Assembly: GCA_902583355.1 (NCBI GenBank)
Contig: CACHVP010000002.1
Coordinates: 24,094-88,093, forward strand
DNA: 64,000 nt
Source of the DNA: an uncultured Pelagibacteraceae bacterium
GTDB lineage: Bacteria > Pseudomonadota > Alphaproteobacteria > Pelagibacterales > Pelagibacteraceae
Reading direction: 5' to 3'
This document shows positions 22,356 through 33,139 of the stretch, piece after piece. The notes beneath the pieces were generated by a model. The model was not told the DNA's origin and did not search any database. It was given only the letters and a program-made list of their open reading frames with translations. The number at the start of each line of letters is the position of its first letter. The stretch's first letter is position 1. The position numbers and the translations under genes are program-made.

Positions 22356-23878
22356 ATTAATTTATAACTTTTAAGATTAAATAACCCAAAAAGTTTTGCA
22401 AAAAAAAGATATACTGTTACCGATAAGCCTACAACAATTAATAAATAAATTAATTTAAATTTGTAATAGTAATCAAACTTATCCTCAAAATAATCTAAAC
22501 TAAAATAAAGAAAAAGACACATTAGAATTGTAGCAATTAAAATTTTAAAAAAATTAAGTAAATATTTGTTTTCAAAATTAATTAATCCACTTCTAGTAAG
22601 TAAAACAATATAAATAAAAACAGCTACCCAAGTGGAGATCGATGTGGCGATTGGTATAATTATAAAACCATATTTTTTAAATAGAGAGACGCTAATAAGA
22701 ATGTTAAGTACCATGCTTAGAAAAGATATATAAAAAGGTAACTTTGTATTATCTCTTGCAAAATAAAAGTTTGATAATACCTTTATCAGAGCAAATGCGG
22801 GAACCCCGATTGAAAAAAAAGTTAGTGCTAAAGAAGTAAAAATAACATCTTCAATTTGAAAAGATCCATAACCAAACAAACTATTTATAATTTGTTTTGA
22901 AGCTATTAATAATCCAAATGTTGCTGGAATTGAAAGTAACAAAGATAATTCTATTGATCTATTTTGTATTTGGTTTACAGATATTTGATCATTTGATTTT
23001 ATACTTTTTGAGAGTGCCGGCAATGCAACAGTACCTACTGCAATTCCAGCAATAGCTAGATTGATTTGATAAACTCTATCAGCATAATACAAATAAGAAA
23101 CTGCTCCTGATTGAAAAGATGCAATTATAGTTCCCACTAAAATATTTATTTGAGTTATTCCAGAGGAAAATATACTTGGTAATAGTTTTTTAAAAAACTT
23201 TTTTATTCTAGAATTAAGTTTAAATATAATTTGAATTGAGGGAAAATAAAATTTCCTGGTAAAAATTATCAAAGCTATAAACTGCAATATTCCAGCAAAG
23301 GTTACGCCAATTGATAAATTCTTAGCGATATTAAGATCGTAGTATACTGAAAATAAAAGAAAAAAAATTAAAATAATATTAAGAATTATAGGTGCGGCGG
23401 CAGCGGCAGCGAATTTATTGTTTGTATTTAAAATACCAGATAATAATGAAGACAAGCTAACAAAAAGTAAAAATGGAAAAGTTATTCTTGTAAATTCAAT
23501 AGCCAAATAAAATTTATTCAAATTTTCATAAAATCCTGGTGCAATTATATAAACTAAGAAAGGTGTAAATATTTCAATTACTATAATTAAAAAAATTAAG
23601 AATATTAAAAGCAAACTAAAAACCTCATTGGCAAACTTTTTACCTAAGTCCTCACCTTTAATTTTTGCATCCGTATAACTTGGAATAAAAGCTGCATTAA
23701 ATGTTCCTTCTGCAAATAATCTTCTAAATGTATTTGGGAGTCTAAAAGCAACAAAAAAAGCATCTGCATAAATGCTCGTGCCCAGAAATATTGCTATTAA
23801 AATATCCCTTAAATATCCTAAAACCCTGCTTATCAAAGTATAAAAACTAAAAACTGTTGTTGAAGACAATAAATTCAT
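22352..23878 (-). CDS. murJ: lipid II flippase MurJ
   Basis: 508 aa, about 14 TM segments. [13 protein letters not shown]...[28 protein letters not shown]. Confidence 0.88.
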   Translation of the reverse strand: MNLLSSTTVFSFYTLISRVLGYLRDILIAIFLGTSIYADAFFVAFRLPNTFRRLFAEGTFNAAFIPSYTDAKIKGEDLGKKFANEVFSLLLIFLIFLIIVIEIFTPFLVYIIAPGFYENLNKFYLAIEFTRITFPFLLFVSLSSLLSGILNTNNKFAAAAAAPIILNIILIFFLLFSVYYDLNIAKNLSIGVTFAGILQFIALIIFTRKFYFPSIQIIFKLNSRIKKFFKKLLPSIFSSGITQINILVGTIIASFQSGAVSYLYYADRVYQINLAIAGIAVGTVALPALSKSIKSNDQISVNQIQNRSIELSLLLSIPATFGLLIASKQIINSLFGYGSFQIEDVIFTSLALTFFSIGVPAFALIKVLSNFYFARDNTKLPFYISFLSMVLNILISVSLFKKYGFIIIPIATSISTWVAVFIYIVLLTRSGLINFENKYLLNFFKILIATILMCLFLYFSLDYFEDKFDYYYKFKLIYLLIVVGLSVTVYLFFAKLFGLFNLKSYKLI

Positions 23879-23934
23879 AATTAAGACAAATTATTAGTGA
23901 TTTAATATCATTTATATTACATACTAAATACTTA

Positions 23935-26229
23935 ATGACAAAAAAATCAAAAATTGATCATTACACTGATAAAGAGGCATTAGATTTTCATAATAGAGGA
24001 AAGTCTGGCAAAATTGAGATAGTTTCATCAAAATCTTTAACAACTAAGAGAGACCTGTCTTTAGCATATTCTCCGGGTGTAGCTGTGCCAGTCAAAGAGA
24101 TTTCTAAAAATCCAGACGCAGCATATGAATATACTAGTAAAGGTAACTTGGTTGCAGTTATAAGTAATGGATCTGCTATTTTAGGATTGGGTGATCTTGG
24201 GGCACTGGCTTCAAAACCTGTTATGGAGGGTAAAGCTGTTTTATTTAAAAGATTTGCCGACATAGATGCAATTGATATTGAGATAGATAATAAAAATTCT
24301 GATGAAATAATTAAATGCATACAAAATATAGGAAATAGCTTTGGTGGAATAAACTTAGAGGATATAGCTGCACCAGACTGTTTTATAATAGAAAAAAAAC
24401 TTAGGGAAAGTTTAGATATTCCCATTTTTCACGATGATCAACATGGTACTGCAATAATTACTTCTGCTGCATTAATTAATGCATTGGATATTTCGAATAA
24501 AAAACCTGGAGATGTAAAAGTTGTTGTAAATGGAGCAGGGGCATCCGCGTTAGCATGTGCAAATCTTTTTAAAAGTATTGGCATAAAGACTCAAAATATA
24601 ATTATGCTTGATAGAAAAGGTGTAATCTATAAAGGTAGAGATAATATAGACCATTTTAAATCAGCATACGCTGCGGAAACGAAACTAAGAACGCTTAAAG
24701 ATGCTATAAAAGATGCTGATGTTTTTTTAGGCTTATCTGCAAAAAATGTTTTAACCCCTGAAATGGTAAAATCTATGGCAAAAAATCCGATAATATTTGC
24801 ATGCGCAAACCCCGATCCAGAAATAAAGCCAGAATTAGTCGATGAGGTGAGATCAGATGCAATTGTTGCTACTGGCAGATCTGATTATCCTAATCAAGTT
24901 AATAACCTAATCGGATTTCCTTATATATTTAGAGGAGCTCTCGATGTAAGAGCAAAAGAAATTAATGAAGAAATGAAAATAGCAGCTGCAAAAGCAATTG
25001 CGACCCTTGCTCGGGAAGAAGTGCCTGATGAAGTAGTTAATGCTTATGGAGGAGATAGGCCTCATTATGGAAAAGAATATATTATACCATCAACTTTTGA
25101 TCCAAGATTAATTAGCAGAATTCCAGCAGCTGTAGCTGAAGCTGCAATGAAAAGCGGTGTAGCAAGAAAGAAAATTTCTAATATTGAAACTTATAAAGAT
25201 CAATTAGCCAATAGACTTGATCCTTCCATGTCTATAATGCAGGGAATTAATTCTCAAATTAAAAAAAATCCTAAAACTGTTGTATTTGCTGAAGGTGAAG
25301 ATGAGAACATGTTAAAAGCAGCAATTGCTTTTAAAAACAGTAACTTAGGAACGCCGATTGTCATTGGAAATGAAAAAAGAGTTAAAGAACAATTAAAAGA
25401 AATTGGATTAGATGAGGATTATAAAATTAAAATTGTTAATTCAACCGATAAAGAAAAAAGGGAACAGTATACAAAAAAATTATATACTAAATTGCAAAGA
25501 AAAGGTCTTTTAGAAAGAGATGTAGATAGACTGATAAGAAACGATAGAATAATTTGGGGTTCATCAATGGTTGAATGTGGTGATGCTGACGCAATGGTTA
25601 CAGGAAATATAAGACATTATGCTGCTTCTATTGAAAGTCTCAAAAAAGTTGTTGAGGCTAGAACTGGGGAGATTCTATTCGGATTAAATATGCTTATCAC
25701 ATCAAAAAAAACTATTTTTATTGCCGATACACAAGTAAACGATTTCCCAACTGCAGATGATTTAATAAAAATCGCAACATCAAGTGTTAGAGTTGCAAAG
25801 TTGTTTGGTTTTGAACCAAAAGTAGCATTTTTGTCTCATTCTACATTTGGAAAACCTTCGTCCAGGAACACAAAGCATGTGAGAGAAGCCATAGAAATTC
25901 TTAAAAGCAAAAAAGTTGATTTTGATTTTGATGGTGAGATGCAACCAGATGTAGCTTTAAATCCAAAATATAAAGAGACCTATCCTTTTTCGAAAATTGT
26001 TGGTAATGCAAATATATTAATAATGCCAGCTCTTCATAGCGCAGCTATATCAACAAAGCTTATGAAAACAATTGGTGGAGCAAAAATGATAGGCCCTCTG
26101 TTAATTGGATTAGGACTGCCTATTGAAATTGCACCACTTAGGTCATCTGCAAATGACATACTTAACCTAGCATCTGTAGCAGCATATTCTGCTGAAATTA
26201 TTGATTATAAAAATAGAAAAAATAATTAA
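23935..26229 (+). CDS. maeB: NADP-dependent malic enzyme with phosphotransacetylase-like domain
   Basis: LSLAYSPGVA, HDDQHGTAI, NGAGASA, and a C-terminal PTA-like half. 764 aa. Confidence 0.92.
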   Translation: MTKKSKIDHYTDKEALDFHNRGKSGKIEIVSSKSLTTKRDLSLAYSPGVAVPVKEISKNPDAAYEYTSKGNLVAVISNGSAILGLGDLGALASKPVMEGKAVLFKRFADIDAIDIEIDNKNSDEIIKCIQNIGNSFGGINLEDIAAPDCFIIEKKLRESLDIPIFHDDQHGTAIITSAALINALDISNKKPGDVKVVVNGAGASALACANLFKSIGIKTQNIIMLDRKGVIYKGRDNIDHFKSAYAAETKLRTLKDAIKDADVFLGLSAKNVLTPEMVKSMAKNPIIFACANPDPEIKPELVDEVRSDAIVATGRSDYPNQVNNLIGFPYIFRGALDVRAKEINEEMKIAAAKAIATLAREEVPDEVVNAYGGDRPHYGKEYIIPSTFDPRLISRIPAAVAEAAMKSGVARKKISNIETYKDQLANRLDPSMSIMQGINSQIKKNPKTVVFAEGEDENMLKAAIAFKNSNLGTPIVIGNEKRVKEQLKEIGLDEDYKIKIVNSTDKEKREQYTKKLYTKLQRKGLLERDVDRLIRNDRIIWGSSMVECGDADAMVTGNIRHYAASIESLKKVVEARTGEILFGLNMLITSKKTIFIADTQVNDFPTADDLIKIATSSVRVAKLFGFEPKVAFLSHSTFGKPSSRNTKHVREAIEILKSKKVDFDFDGEMQPDVALNPKYKETYPFSKIVGNANILIMPALHSAAISTKLMKTIGGAKMIGPLLIGLGLPIEIAPLRSSANDILNLASVAAYSAEIIDYKNRKNN

Positions 26230-26837
26230 TTTTTATTTCTACTTAAGTCTTCAACTAATATAATACTTGGAATTGCTTTTTTAACTCCATAAATTTCATT
26301 AGCTTCTTTAATGACTTCTTTTTTTTCATCAGAAGTCATTGAAATTCCAAAAACATAAACATTTCCATTAATAGTATCGATATTATAGTTAGTTGCCTTA
26401 ATAAGTTTGTTAAAAATAAATGCAGTTCTTAATTGAGATGTAATCAAAATATCCTTAGCAGTATTTTTAAAGTTTGTTTCACCTTTAATTGTTATTGCAC
26501 TCTTAACAGACCTTGTTCCCTTGGTTTCCCAGGCCATTTTAGTAATTTTTAATTTTTCTTCAGGTTCCTCGACTTTGCCAGATAAAAATATATTTCCATC
26601 TAAAACTTTTACACTTACTGAGAGTAAGTATTTTTTTTCAGATAGTGCTAATCGAGCCATTAAATTTTTTTGCATTATTGAGTCGTCAATTTGCATGCCA
26701 ACTGTTCTAGGATCAAAAGCAATACTTACCCCTGAACCAAAAACACCTACTGATGAACTTCCTACACAAGAATTTAGTATAAATAAAAATAAGGTTAATT
26801 TAGAAAAAATTAAATTTATTTTTTTATTTTTAAGCAT
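26226..26837 (-). CDS. BON-domain lipoprotein (DolP/YraP-like)
   Basis: Lipobox LNSC and two BON-like segments (VKVLDGNIFLSGKV, DTINGNVYVFGI). It lies next to rsmI and an lpoA-like gene, as in the E. coli yra cluster. Confidence 0.68.
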   Translation of the reverse strand: MLKNKKINLIFSKLTLFLFILNSCVGSSSVGVFGSGVSIAFDPRTVGMQIDDSIMQKNLMARLALSEKKYLLSVSVKVLDGNIFLSGKVEEPEEKLKITKMAWETKGTRSVKSAITIKGETNFKNTAKDILITSQLRTAFIFNKLIKATNYNIDTINGNVYVFGISMTSDEKKEVIKEANEIYGVKKAIPSIILVEDLSRNKN

Positions 26838-27655
26838 AAATCATATACTTTTTTTTTAGGTAATTTGTTTTTTTCTGAAATCAGTTTTACCACATCTTTA
26901 AGTGAATATCTTTTTAAATATTCAATCACTTCTTTCCTGAGGATATTTTCATTAATTTCATTACTGGAAGAATTATTTTTTACCTCACTTTTTGATAATA
27001 CGACTGTTAATTCTCCTTTAATTTTGTTTTTAAAACCTTCAAAATTTTTAAGATCTTCCCTGTAAAAATGTTCATACAATTTAGTCATCTCTTTAGCAAT
27101 TAGAATTTTTCTATTTAAAAAGTATTTCTTAAAAAATTTAATATAAAAGTTAATTTTTATAGCGGGAATAAAAAAGACAATATTAAAATTATAATTCTTT
27201 AACTCTTCCATAATTCTTGTTAATTCTTTTTCTTTTTTTGGTAAAAAACCATAGAAGAAATATTTTTCATCAAAAGCGGAAATACTAACAGCGGTTGTTA
27301 TTGCTGATACACCGGGAATTGGAAAGATTTTTATTTTTTTTTTAATACACTCTTTTAAAAGTATTAAGCCAGGATCTGATAAAATAGGTGTTCCAGCATC
27401 CGAGATTAGTGAGATTATTTTACCGGTTTGAATTGATTGAATTATAGGTGCTAAAGATTTTTTTTCGTTAAATTTATGATAAGAAACAAGTTTTTGTTTA
27501 ATTTTATAATGGTTTAATAATTTTAATGATCTTCTTGTATCCTCACATAAAATTATATTAGAATTTTTTAGTACATTTAAAGCTCTTAATGTAATATCCT
27601 CTAGATTACCTATTGGAGTTGAAACAATATATAAACCTGGTAAGAAATCATTCAT
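26816..27655 (-). CDS. rsmI: 16S rRNA C1402 2'-O-methyltransferase
   Basis: LYIVSTPIGNLEDITLRAL, CEDTRRS, SDAGTP. Confidence 0.88.
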   Translation of the reverse strand: MNDFLPGLYIVSTPIGNLEDITLRALNVLKNSNIILCEDTRRSLKLLNHYKIKQKLVSYHKFNEKKSLAPIIQSIQTGKIISLISDAGTPILSDPGLILLKECIKKKIKIFPIPGVSAITTAVSISAFDEKYFFYGFLPKKEKELTRIMEELKNYNFNIVFFIPAIKINFYIKFFKKYFLNRKILIAKEMTKLYEHFYREDLKNFEGFKNKIKGELTVVLSKSEVKNNSSSNEINENILRKEVIEYLKRYSLKDVVKLISEKNKLPKKKVYDLCLKIKK

Positions 27656-27661
27656 AACTTT

Positions 27662-28825
27662 ATGAAATATATTACTAAGATACTTTTATCTTATTTATTA
27701 ATTAGTTTTAATAGTTTTATTTTTGCATTAGAAAATAAAGATAAGAATTTTCTTAAAATAGGAGTTTTGGCTCCTTTCTCAGGAGAGCTAAAAGGTTTTG
27801 GTGAAGAAATTTTATATTCAATAAATCTAGCTTTACACGATATTGATGATTCAAATATAAAAATATACCCAAAAGACTCTGGGTCCGAAAATAAAAAAAT
27901 AAAGAAAGCTTGCGAAGAATTTGAAAAAGATGGAATTAAAGTAGTCGTTGGACCTGTGGAGTCTAAATCTACAAAAGATTTGTACAGTTGCGAAAATTTA
28001 ATTTTTTTATCTTTATCTAATATGGACTCAAACATAAAAAATAATGTCTTAATGATGGGTATAAACCTTGAATCGCAACTAATATCGATAAAAAAATTTA
28101 TAAACAAAGAGAATAGGAAAAAAACAATAATCTTATATCCTGAAAATGATTATTCTAAACACATAGAAAAAAATATTAAATTAATAAATTTTCCTAATTC
28201 AAAAAAATTTAAATATAGTCAAAATCCAGAAAAATTGACTAAGCAAATCGAAAAACTCACAAATTATAAGCAGAGAAAAATGAATTTAGAGTCTAGAGTT
28301 AAAAAATTAGAAGGTTCAGAAGAATTAAAAGATATCCGAGAGTTAAATAAATTAAAACAAAGATATACACTAGGTAAAGTAAATTTTGACTCTGTAATAA
28401 TTTTAGATTTTGGTGATAGTTTAAAAAGTGTTCTAACATCCCTTGCTTATACTGATGTTGCTGACAAAGATATTTTAATAATAACTGGTAATCAATGGTT
28501 TGATAAAGGAATTCTTGAGGAAACTTCAATTAATAATTTTTATTTTCCCTCTATTAATTTAAATAATTTTAGAAATTTTAATAATTCTTTTTTCAAAGTT
28601 TATAACTACACACCCAATGAAATATCAATTTTAGCTTATGACAGCGTTGGCCTTATTTATTATTTATGGAAAAACTTAGGTGAAATAAAATCAATTAATG
28701 ACTTTAATTTTAAAAAAGATATTAAAGGCAAACTTGGAAAGTTTAAAATATCTGAAAATAAAGTTATACAAGATCTTAATATTTATAGAATAAAAGAGGG
28801 TAAATTTATTCAAAATAAGTTTTAA
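27662..28825 (+). CDS. LpoA-like / type-I periplasmic-binding-fold protein
   Basis: Signal peptide and LKIGVLAPFSGELKGFG. It is divergent from rsmI, as lpoA is in E. coli. The assignment rests mostly on context. Confidence 0.5.
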   Translation: MKYITKILLSYLLISFNSFIFALENKDKNFLKIGVLAPFSGELKGFGEEILYSINLALHDIDDSNIKIYPKDSGSENKKIKKACEEFEKDGIKVVVGPVESKSTKDLYSCENLIFLSLSNMDSNIKNNVLMMGINLESQLISIKKFINKENRKKTIILYPENDYSKHIEKNIKLINFPNSKKFKYSQNPEKLTKQIEKLTNYKQRKMNLESRVKKLEGSEELKDIRELNKLKQRYTLGKVNFDSVIILDFGDSLKSVLTSLAYTDVADKDILIITGNQWFDKGILEETSINNFYFPSINLNNFRNFNNSFFKVYNYTPNEISILAYDSVGLIYYLWKNLGEIKSINDFNFKKDIKGKLGKFKISENKVIQDLNIYRIKEGKFIQNKF

Positions 28826-29405
28826 TTTTTTTTTCTAATTTTTTATAAGCTATAAATCTATGATCAATTAGAAGCTTCTCGTTATAGTTCATTTCTGCAA
28901 ATGTCTTAGAATAGTTTTCTGGAATAAATATTGGGTCGTAACCAAATCCATTATCTCCTTTTTTGGGGCATATTTTTCCATTAACTTTTCCTATTTCAGA
29001 AATTTTTTTTCCGTCTGGCCATTGTATTGTGAGGCTACAAATAAATTGTGCATTTGTATTTTTGTTTTTTTTATTAACCATTTTTAAAATTTCATCCATG
29101 GCTTTATCAAAGCTTCCATATTTTTTTGCCCACCGAGCAGAGTAAATACCAGGTTCACCATTTAAACAATCAATTGACAACCCTGAATCATCTGAAAGAG
29201 TAACTAAATTTGATTTTTTACAAAAAAAATCAGCTTTAATTTCAGAATTTTCAAGAAATGTCTTTCCATTTTCTGCGGGACTCTCGATACTGAGGCTTAA
29301 AGGGGAAACTTTTTCTATCGTTTTAGGTATTAAATCGCTTATCTCTTTGAATTTACCATCATTATGAGTTCCAATTAAAATTTTATTAAATTTATGCATA
29401 TTCAT
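28806..29405 (-). CDS. rdgB: dITP/XTP pyrophosphatase
   Basis: GTHNDGKFKE, SDDSGL, FGYDPIFIP. Confidence 0.88.
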   Translation of the reverse strand: MNMHKFNKILIGTHNDGKFKEISDLIPKTIEKVSPLSLSIESPAENGKTFLENSEIKADFFCKKSNLVTLSDDSGLSIDCLNGEPGIYSARWAKKYGSFDKAMDEILKMVNKKNKNTNAQFICSLTIQWPDGKKISEIGKVNGKICPKKGDNGFGYDPIFIPENYSKTFAEMNYNEKLLIDHRFIAYKKLEKKIKTYFE

Positions 29406-29440
29406 CTAGAAATTAAATAATTTATGATTATATAGCAATT

Positions 29441-30004
29441 ATGACTAATTTAAATGACGAAGATAGAGAAAATAAAGAGTCTAAATCTATTAAAGATGAG
29501 AATAAAGAACTGTCTCTTGAAGAAAAACTGAAAGATACAGAGGATAAACTTTTAAGGTCTCTTGCTGAGCAAGAAAATCAACGAAGTAGATTTGAAAAAG
29601 AAATTAAAGAGGCAATTGATTTTGGTGGTTTTAGTTTCGCTCGAGAAAACTTGGCCATTTTAGATAACTTACAAAGAGCCCATAATTCAATAAAGAATGA
29701 TCCTAATCTAAAAAATAATAAAGATTTAAGTAAATTTTTAAAAAATATTGAAATTATAGAAAAAGATTTGTTATCGATATTTAAAAAAAATAAGATAGAA
29801 AAAATAAATTCTTTAAATAAAAAATTTGACCCTAATTTTCATCAAGCAATGGTAGAAATAGAGGATGATAATGTCGAAATTGGAACTATTGTTCAAGAAA
29901 TACAGCCGGGATATATGTTTGGGGATAGACTGCTAAGGCCCTCAATGGTTGCGGTATCTAAAAAAAAAGACCTCAAAAACAAGGATAAAAATGAGAAAAA
30001 ATAG
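29441..30004 (+). CDS. grpE: nucleotide exchange factor GrpE
   Basis: Coiled-coil N-terminus (LRSLAEQENQRSRFEKE), FDPNFHQAM, GDRLLRPSMV. Confidence 0.9.
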   Translation: MTNLNDEDRENKESKSIKDENKELSLEEKLKDTEDKLLRSLAEQENQRSRFEKEIKEAIDFGGFSFARENLAILDNLQRAHNSIKNDPNLKNNKDLSKFLKNIEIIEKDLLSIFKKNKIEKINSLNKKFDPNFHQAMVEIEDDNVEIGTIVQEIQPGYMFGDRLLRPSMVAVSKKKDLKNKDKNEKK

Positions 30005-30014
30005 AAAATACCAC

Positions 30015-30044
30015 CTTGTAGAAAAGAAAATAACACCCATATAT
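30015..30044 (+). promoter_or_regulatory. putative sigma32 (RpoH) promoter of dnaK
   Basis: CTTGTA (30015-30020) and CCCATATAT (30036-30044), that is CTTG-N17-CCCATAT. Only 8 nt separate it from the dnaK ATG at 30053. Confidence 0.4.
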
Positions 30045-30052
30045 GAGATATC

Positions 30053-31972
30053 ATGAGTAGAGTAATTGGAATAGATTTAGGCACTACAAATTCTTGCGTA
30101 GCAATAATGGAAGGAAAGCAAGCCAAAGTTATTGAGAACGCAGAAGGGCAAAGAACTACACCATCTGTGGTAGCCTTTCTTGAAAAAGATGAAAAATTGG
30201 TTGGACAACCAGCAAAAAGACAGGCTGTTACAAATCCAAATGATACAATTTTTGCTGCTAAAAGATTAATAGGCAGAACCTTTGATGATAACTCTGTTAA
30301 AAAAGATGTAGAAAAAGTTCCATTTAAAATAGTTAAGTCAGATAAAAATGATGCTTGGATAGAAGCAAAAGGAAAAAAATATTCTCCATCACAGATATCA
30401 GCATTTATTCTTCAAAAAATGAAGGAAACAGCAGAAAAATATTTGGGGCAACCTGTTACAAAAGCTGTAATAACAGTACCGGCATATTTTAATGATGCTC
30501 AGAGACAAGCTACAAAAGATGCAGGAAAAATTGCAGGTCTTGAAGTTTTAAGAATTATAAATGAACCTACTGCTGCATCATTGGCATATGGACTAGACAA
30601 AAAAGGTGGAAAGAAAATTGCTGTTTATGATCTTGGTGGAGGTACATTTGATGTTTCAATTTTAGAAATTGGGGACGGGGTTTTTGAAGTAAAATCAACA
30701 AATGGTGATACGTTTTTAGGTGGTGAAGATTTTGATGATACAATAGTTGATTATTTAGTATCTGAATTTAAAAAAGACAATGGCATTGATTTAAAAAGTG
30801 ATAAATTAGCACTTCAAAGATTAAAAGAGGCAGCAGAAAAAGCAAAAATAGAATTATCGTCTGCAGCTCAAACAGAAATAAATCTTCCTTTTATAACTGC
30901 TGATAAAACAGGCCCTAAACACATAAACTTAAAATTTACGAGAGCTAAACTTGAGGCTCTTGTAGAAAGTTTAATTGAAAGAACCCTGGAGCCTTGCAAA
31001 ACCGCTCTTAAAGATTCTGGATTTTCTGCAGCTGAAATAAATGAAATTGTTCTTGTAGGTGGGATGACTAGAATGCCAAAAATTGTTGAAACTGTTAAAA
31101 ATTTTTTTGGAAAGGAACCGAACAAAAGTGTAAACCCTGATGAAGTAGTTGCAATGGGTGCTGCTATTCAAGCAGGAGTATTACAAGGAGACGTAAAAGA
31201 TGTTTTGCTTTTAGATGTTACTCCTTTGTCACTGGGCATAGAAACTCTTGGGGGAGTTTCAACAAAACTAATTGATAAAAACACAACTATACCAACAAAA
31301 AAGAGCCAAATTTTCTCTACTGCTGAAGATAATCAGCCCGCAGTATCTATAAGAGTTCTTCAGGGTGAAAGAGAGATGGCAGCAGATAATAAAATTTTAG
31401 GAAACTTTGAACTTGTTGGAATAGCGCCTGCTCCTAGAGGTGTTCCTCAGATTGAGGTAACTTTTGATATTGACGCAAACGGTATAGTTAATGTTTCTGC
31501 TAAAGATAAAGGTACTGGTAAAGAACAAAAAATTCAAATTCAAGCATCTGGTGGACTATCAGATGAGGAAATAAATAATATGGTTAAAGAAGCTGAAGCA
31601 AATAAAGAGACTGATAAGAAAAAAAGAGAGTCGGTGGATTCAAGAAATCAAGCAGATACCATGATTCACTCTGTTGAAAAGAACCTTAAAGAACACGGAT
31701 CAAAAATTAGTGAAGCTGAAAAAAAGGCAATTGAAACATCAATATCTGATCTTAGAAATGCTTTGAAAGGAACAGATACTGAAGAAGTTAAAAAGAAAAC
31801 GCAGGCTTTAATCCAGGCTTCTATGAAATTAGGAGAAGCAGTATATAAAAACCAACAAAAATCTAATGAGAAAAACCCAGATAAAAAAGACGCAAAAAAC
31901 GATAAAGAAAAAGATAATGTTGTTGATGCAGAAGTTGTAGACGCAAAAGAAGATAAAGAAAAAAGAGCCTAA
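30053..31972 (+). CDS. dnaK: chaperone DnaK
   Basis: [32 protein letters not shown]. Confidence 0.97.
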   Translation: MSRVIGIDLGTTNSCVAIMEGKQAKVIENAEGQRTTPSVVAFLEKDEKLVGQPAKRQAVTNPNDTIFAAKRLIGRTFDDNSVKKDVEKVPFKIVKSDKNDAWIEAKGKKYSPSQISAFILQKMKETAEKYLGQPVTKAVITVPAYFNDAQRQATKDAGKIAGLEVLRIINEPTAASLAYGLDKKGGKKIAVYDLGGGTFDVSILEIGDGVFEVKSTNGDTFLGGEDFDDTIVDYLVSEFKKDNGIDLKSDKLALQRLKEAAEKAKIELSSAAQTEINLPFITADKTGPKHINLKFTRAKLEALVESLIERTLEPCKTALKDSGFSAAEINEIVLVGGMTRMPKIVETVKNFFGKEPNKSVNPDEVVAMGAAIQAGVLQGDVKDVLLLDVTPLSLGIETLGGVSTKLIDKNTTIPTKKSQIFSTAEDNQPAVSIRVLQGEREMAADNKILGNFELVGIAPAPRGVPQIEVTFDIDANGIVNVSAKDKGTGKEQKIQIQASGGLSDEEINNMVKEAEANKETDKKKRESVDSRNQADTMIHSVEKNLKEHGSKISEAEKKAIETSISDLRNALKGTDTEEVKKKTQALIQASMKLGEAVYKNQQKSNEKNPDKKDAKNDKEKDNVVDAEVVDAKEDKEKRA

Positions 31973-31999
31973 GACAAATTATTAGGAGCAAAGCTTCTT

Positions 32000-33139
32000 A
32001 TGGCAAAAAGAGATTATTACGAAGTCTTAGGCGTAGGCAAATCAGCCCAAAAAGACGAAATCAAAAAAGCTTATAGAAAATTAGCGCTTAAATTTCATCC
32101 AGATAAAAATAAAGGTGATAAAGGCGCAGAAGATAAATTTAAGGAAGCTAGTGAAGCCTATCACGTACTATCAGATGATAAAAGGAAAGCTAATTATGAT
32201 CAATTTGGTCATGCAGCTTTTCAAGGAGCTGGTGGGCAAGGAGGTTTTGGTAATTTCGATTTTTCTTCATCCTTTTCAGATATTTTTGAAGATGTTTTTG
32301 GAGACCTAGGTGAATTTGGTTTTGGATCTTCAGGAAGATCAAGAAGAGGGAGATCTAATTATAGAGGAAATGATCTTAGATATGATATCTCAATTGATTT
32401 AAATGATGCCTTCACAGGAACTGAAAAAAAAATAAATTACACTACATATAAAAAGTGCAAGACATGTGCTGGAAGTGGTGCAAAAGCAGGTTCAAAGCCT
32501 TCTACTTGCAATTATTGCGGCGGACAAGGAAAAGTGAGATCTAGCCAAGGTTTCTTTACTATACAACAAACTTGTCCTGAGTGCAGTGGAGAAGGAGAAA
32601 AAATAACAAGCCCCTGTAATAACTGTAGCGGAATGGGCAAAGTGCAATCCAATGAGTCTGTTTCAGTAAAAATTCCAAAAGGAGTTGATGACGGAACAAG
32701 AATAAGGCTTGCTGGCAAAGGAGAAGCCGGATCAAAAGGTGGGGCTTATGGAGATCTATATTTGTTCGTATCAGTTGAGCCTCATAATATTTTTAAAAGG
32801 GCTGAAGAAAATCTTTATTATGAATTGCCAATCTCAATAGCAGATGCTGCATTAGGAACGACTGTTGAGGTACCTTCAATTGATGGTGGTAAAACAAAAA
32901 TCAAAATTCCTTCTGGAACCCAAAGCGGAAAACAGTTAAGACTCAAAGGAAAAGGAATGCCAATCTTGAGAAGAAATCTATCAGGAGATTTATACATTAG
33001 AATTTTGACTGAAGTGCCAACTTCATTAACCAAGAAACAAAAAGAATTGCTTACTGAATTTAAAAATTTAGAAGATACAAAATCAAATCCCTTAATTAGA
33101 AGTTTTTTTGATAAAGCAAAAAAATTCTGGAAAAATTAA
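32000..33139 (+). CDS. dnaJ: chaperone DnaJ
   Basis: J domain (HPDKN), G/F region, and four CxxCxGxG repeats ([32 protein letters not shown]). Confidence 0.95.
   Translation: MAKRDYYEVLGVGKSAQKDEIKKAYRKLALKFHPDKNKGDKGAEDKFKEASEAYHVLSDDKRKANYDQFGHAAFQGAGGQGGFGNFDFSSSFSDIFEDVFGDLGEFGFGSSGRSRRGRSNYRGNDLRYDISIDLNDAFTGTEKKINYTTYKKCKTCAGSGAKAGSKPSTCNYCGGQGKVRSSQGFFTIQQTCPECSGEGEKITSPCNNCSGMGKVQSNESVSVKIPKGVDDGTRIRLAGKGEAGSKGGAYGDLYLFVSVEPHNIFKRAEENLYYELPISIADAALGTTVEVPSIDGGKTKIKIPSGTQSGKQLRLKGKGMPILRRNLSGDLYIRILTEVPTSLTKKQKELLTEFKNLEDTKSNPLIRSFFDKAKKFWKN

Noticed and set aside
23988-24425. 145-aa minus-strand ORF
   Set aside because: It is antisense to the conserved malic-enzyme domain of maeB, so it is a shadow ORF. 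Other internal antisense ORFs in the track were rejected the same way (for example 27691-28107, 42120-42392, 45162-45452, 62755-63063).
29341-29440. Search for CIRCE (TTAGCACTC-N9-GAGTGCTAA) or a sigma32 promoter upstream of grpE
   Set aside because: No match was found. The CTTTGAA at about 29345 has no CCCAT-type -10 at the right distance.
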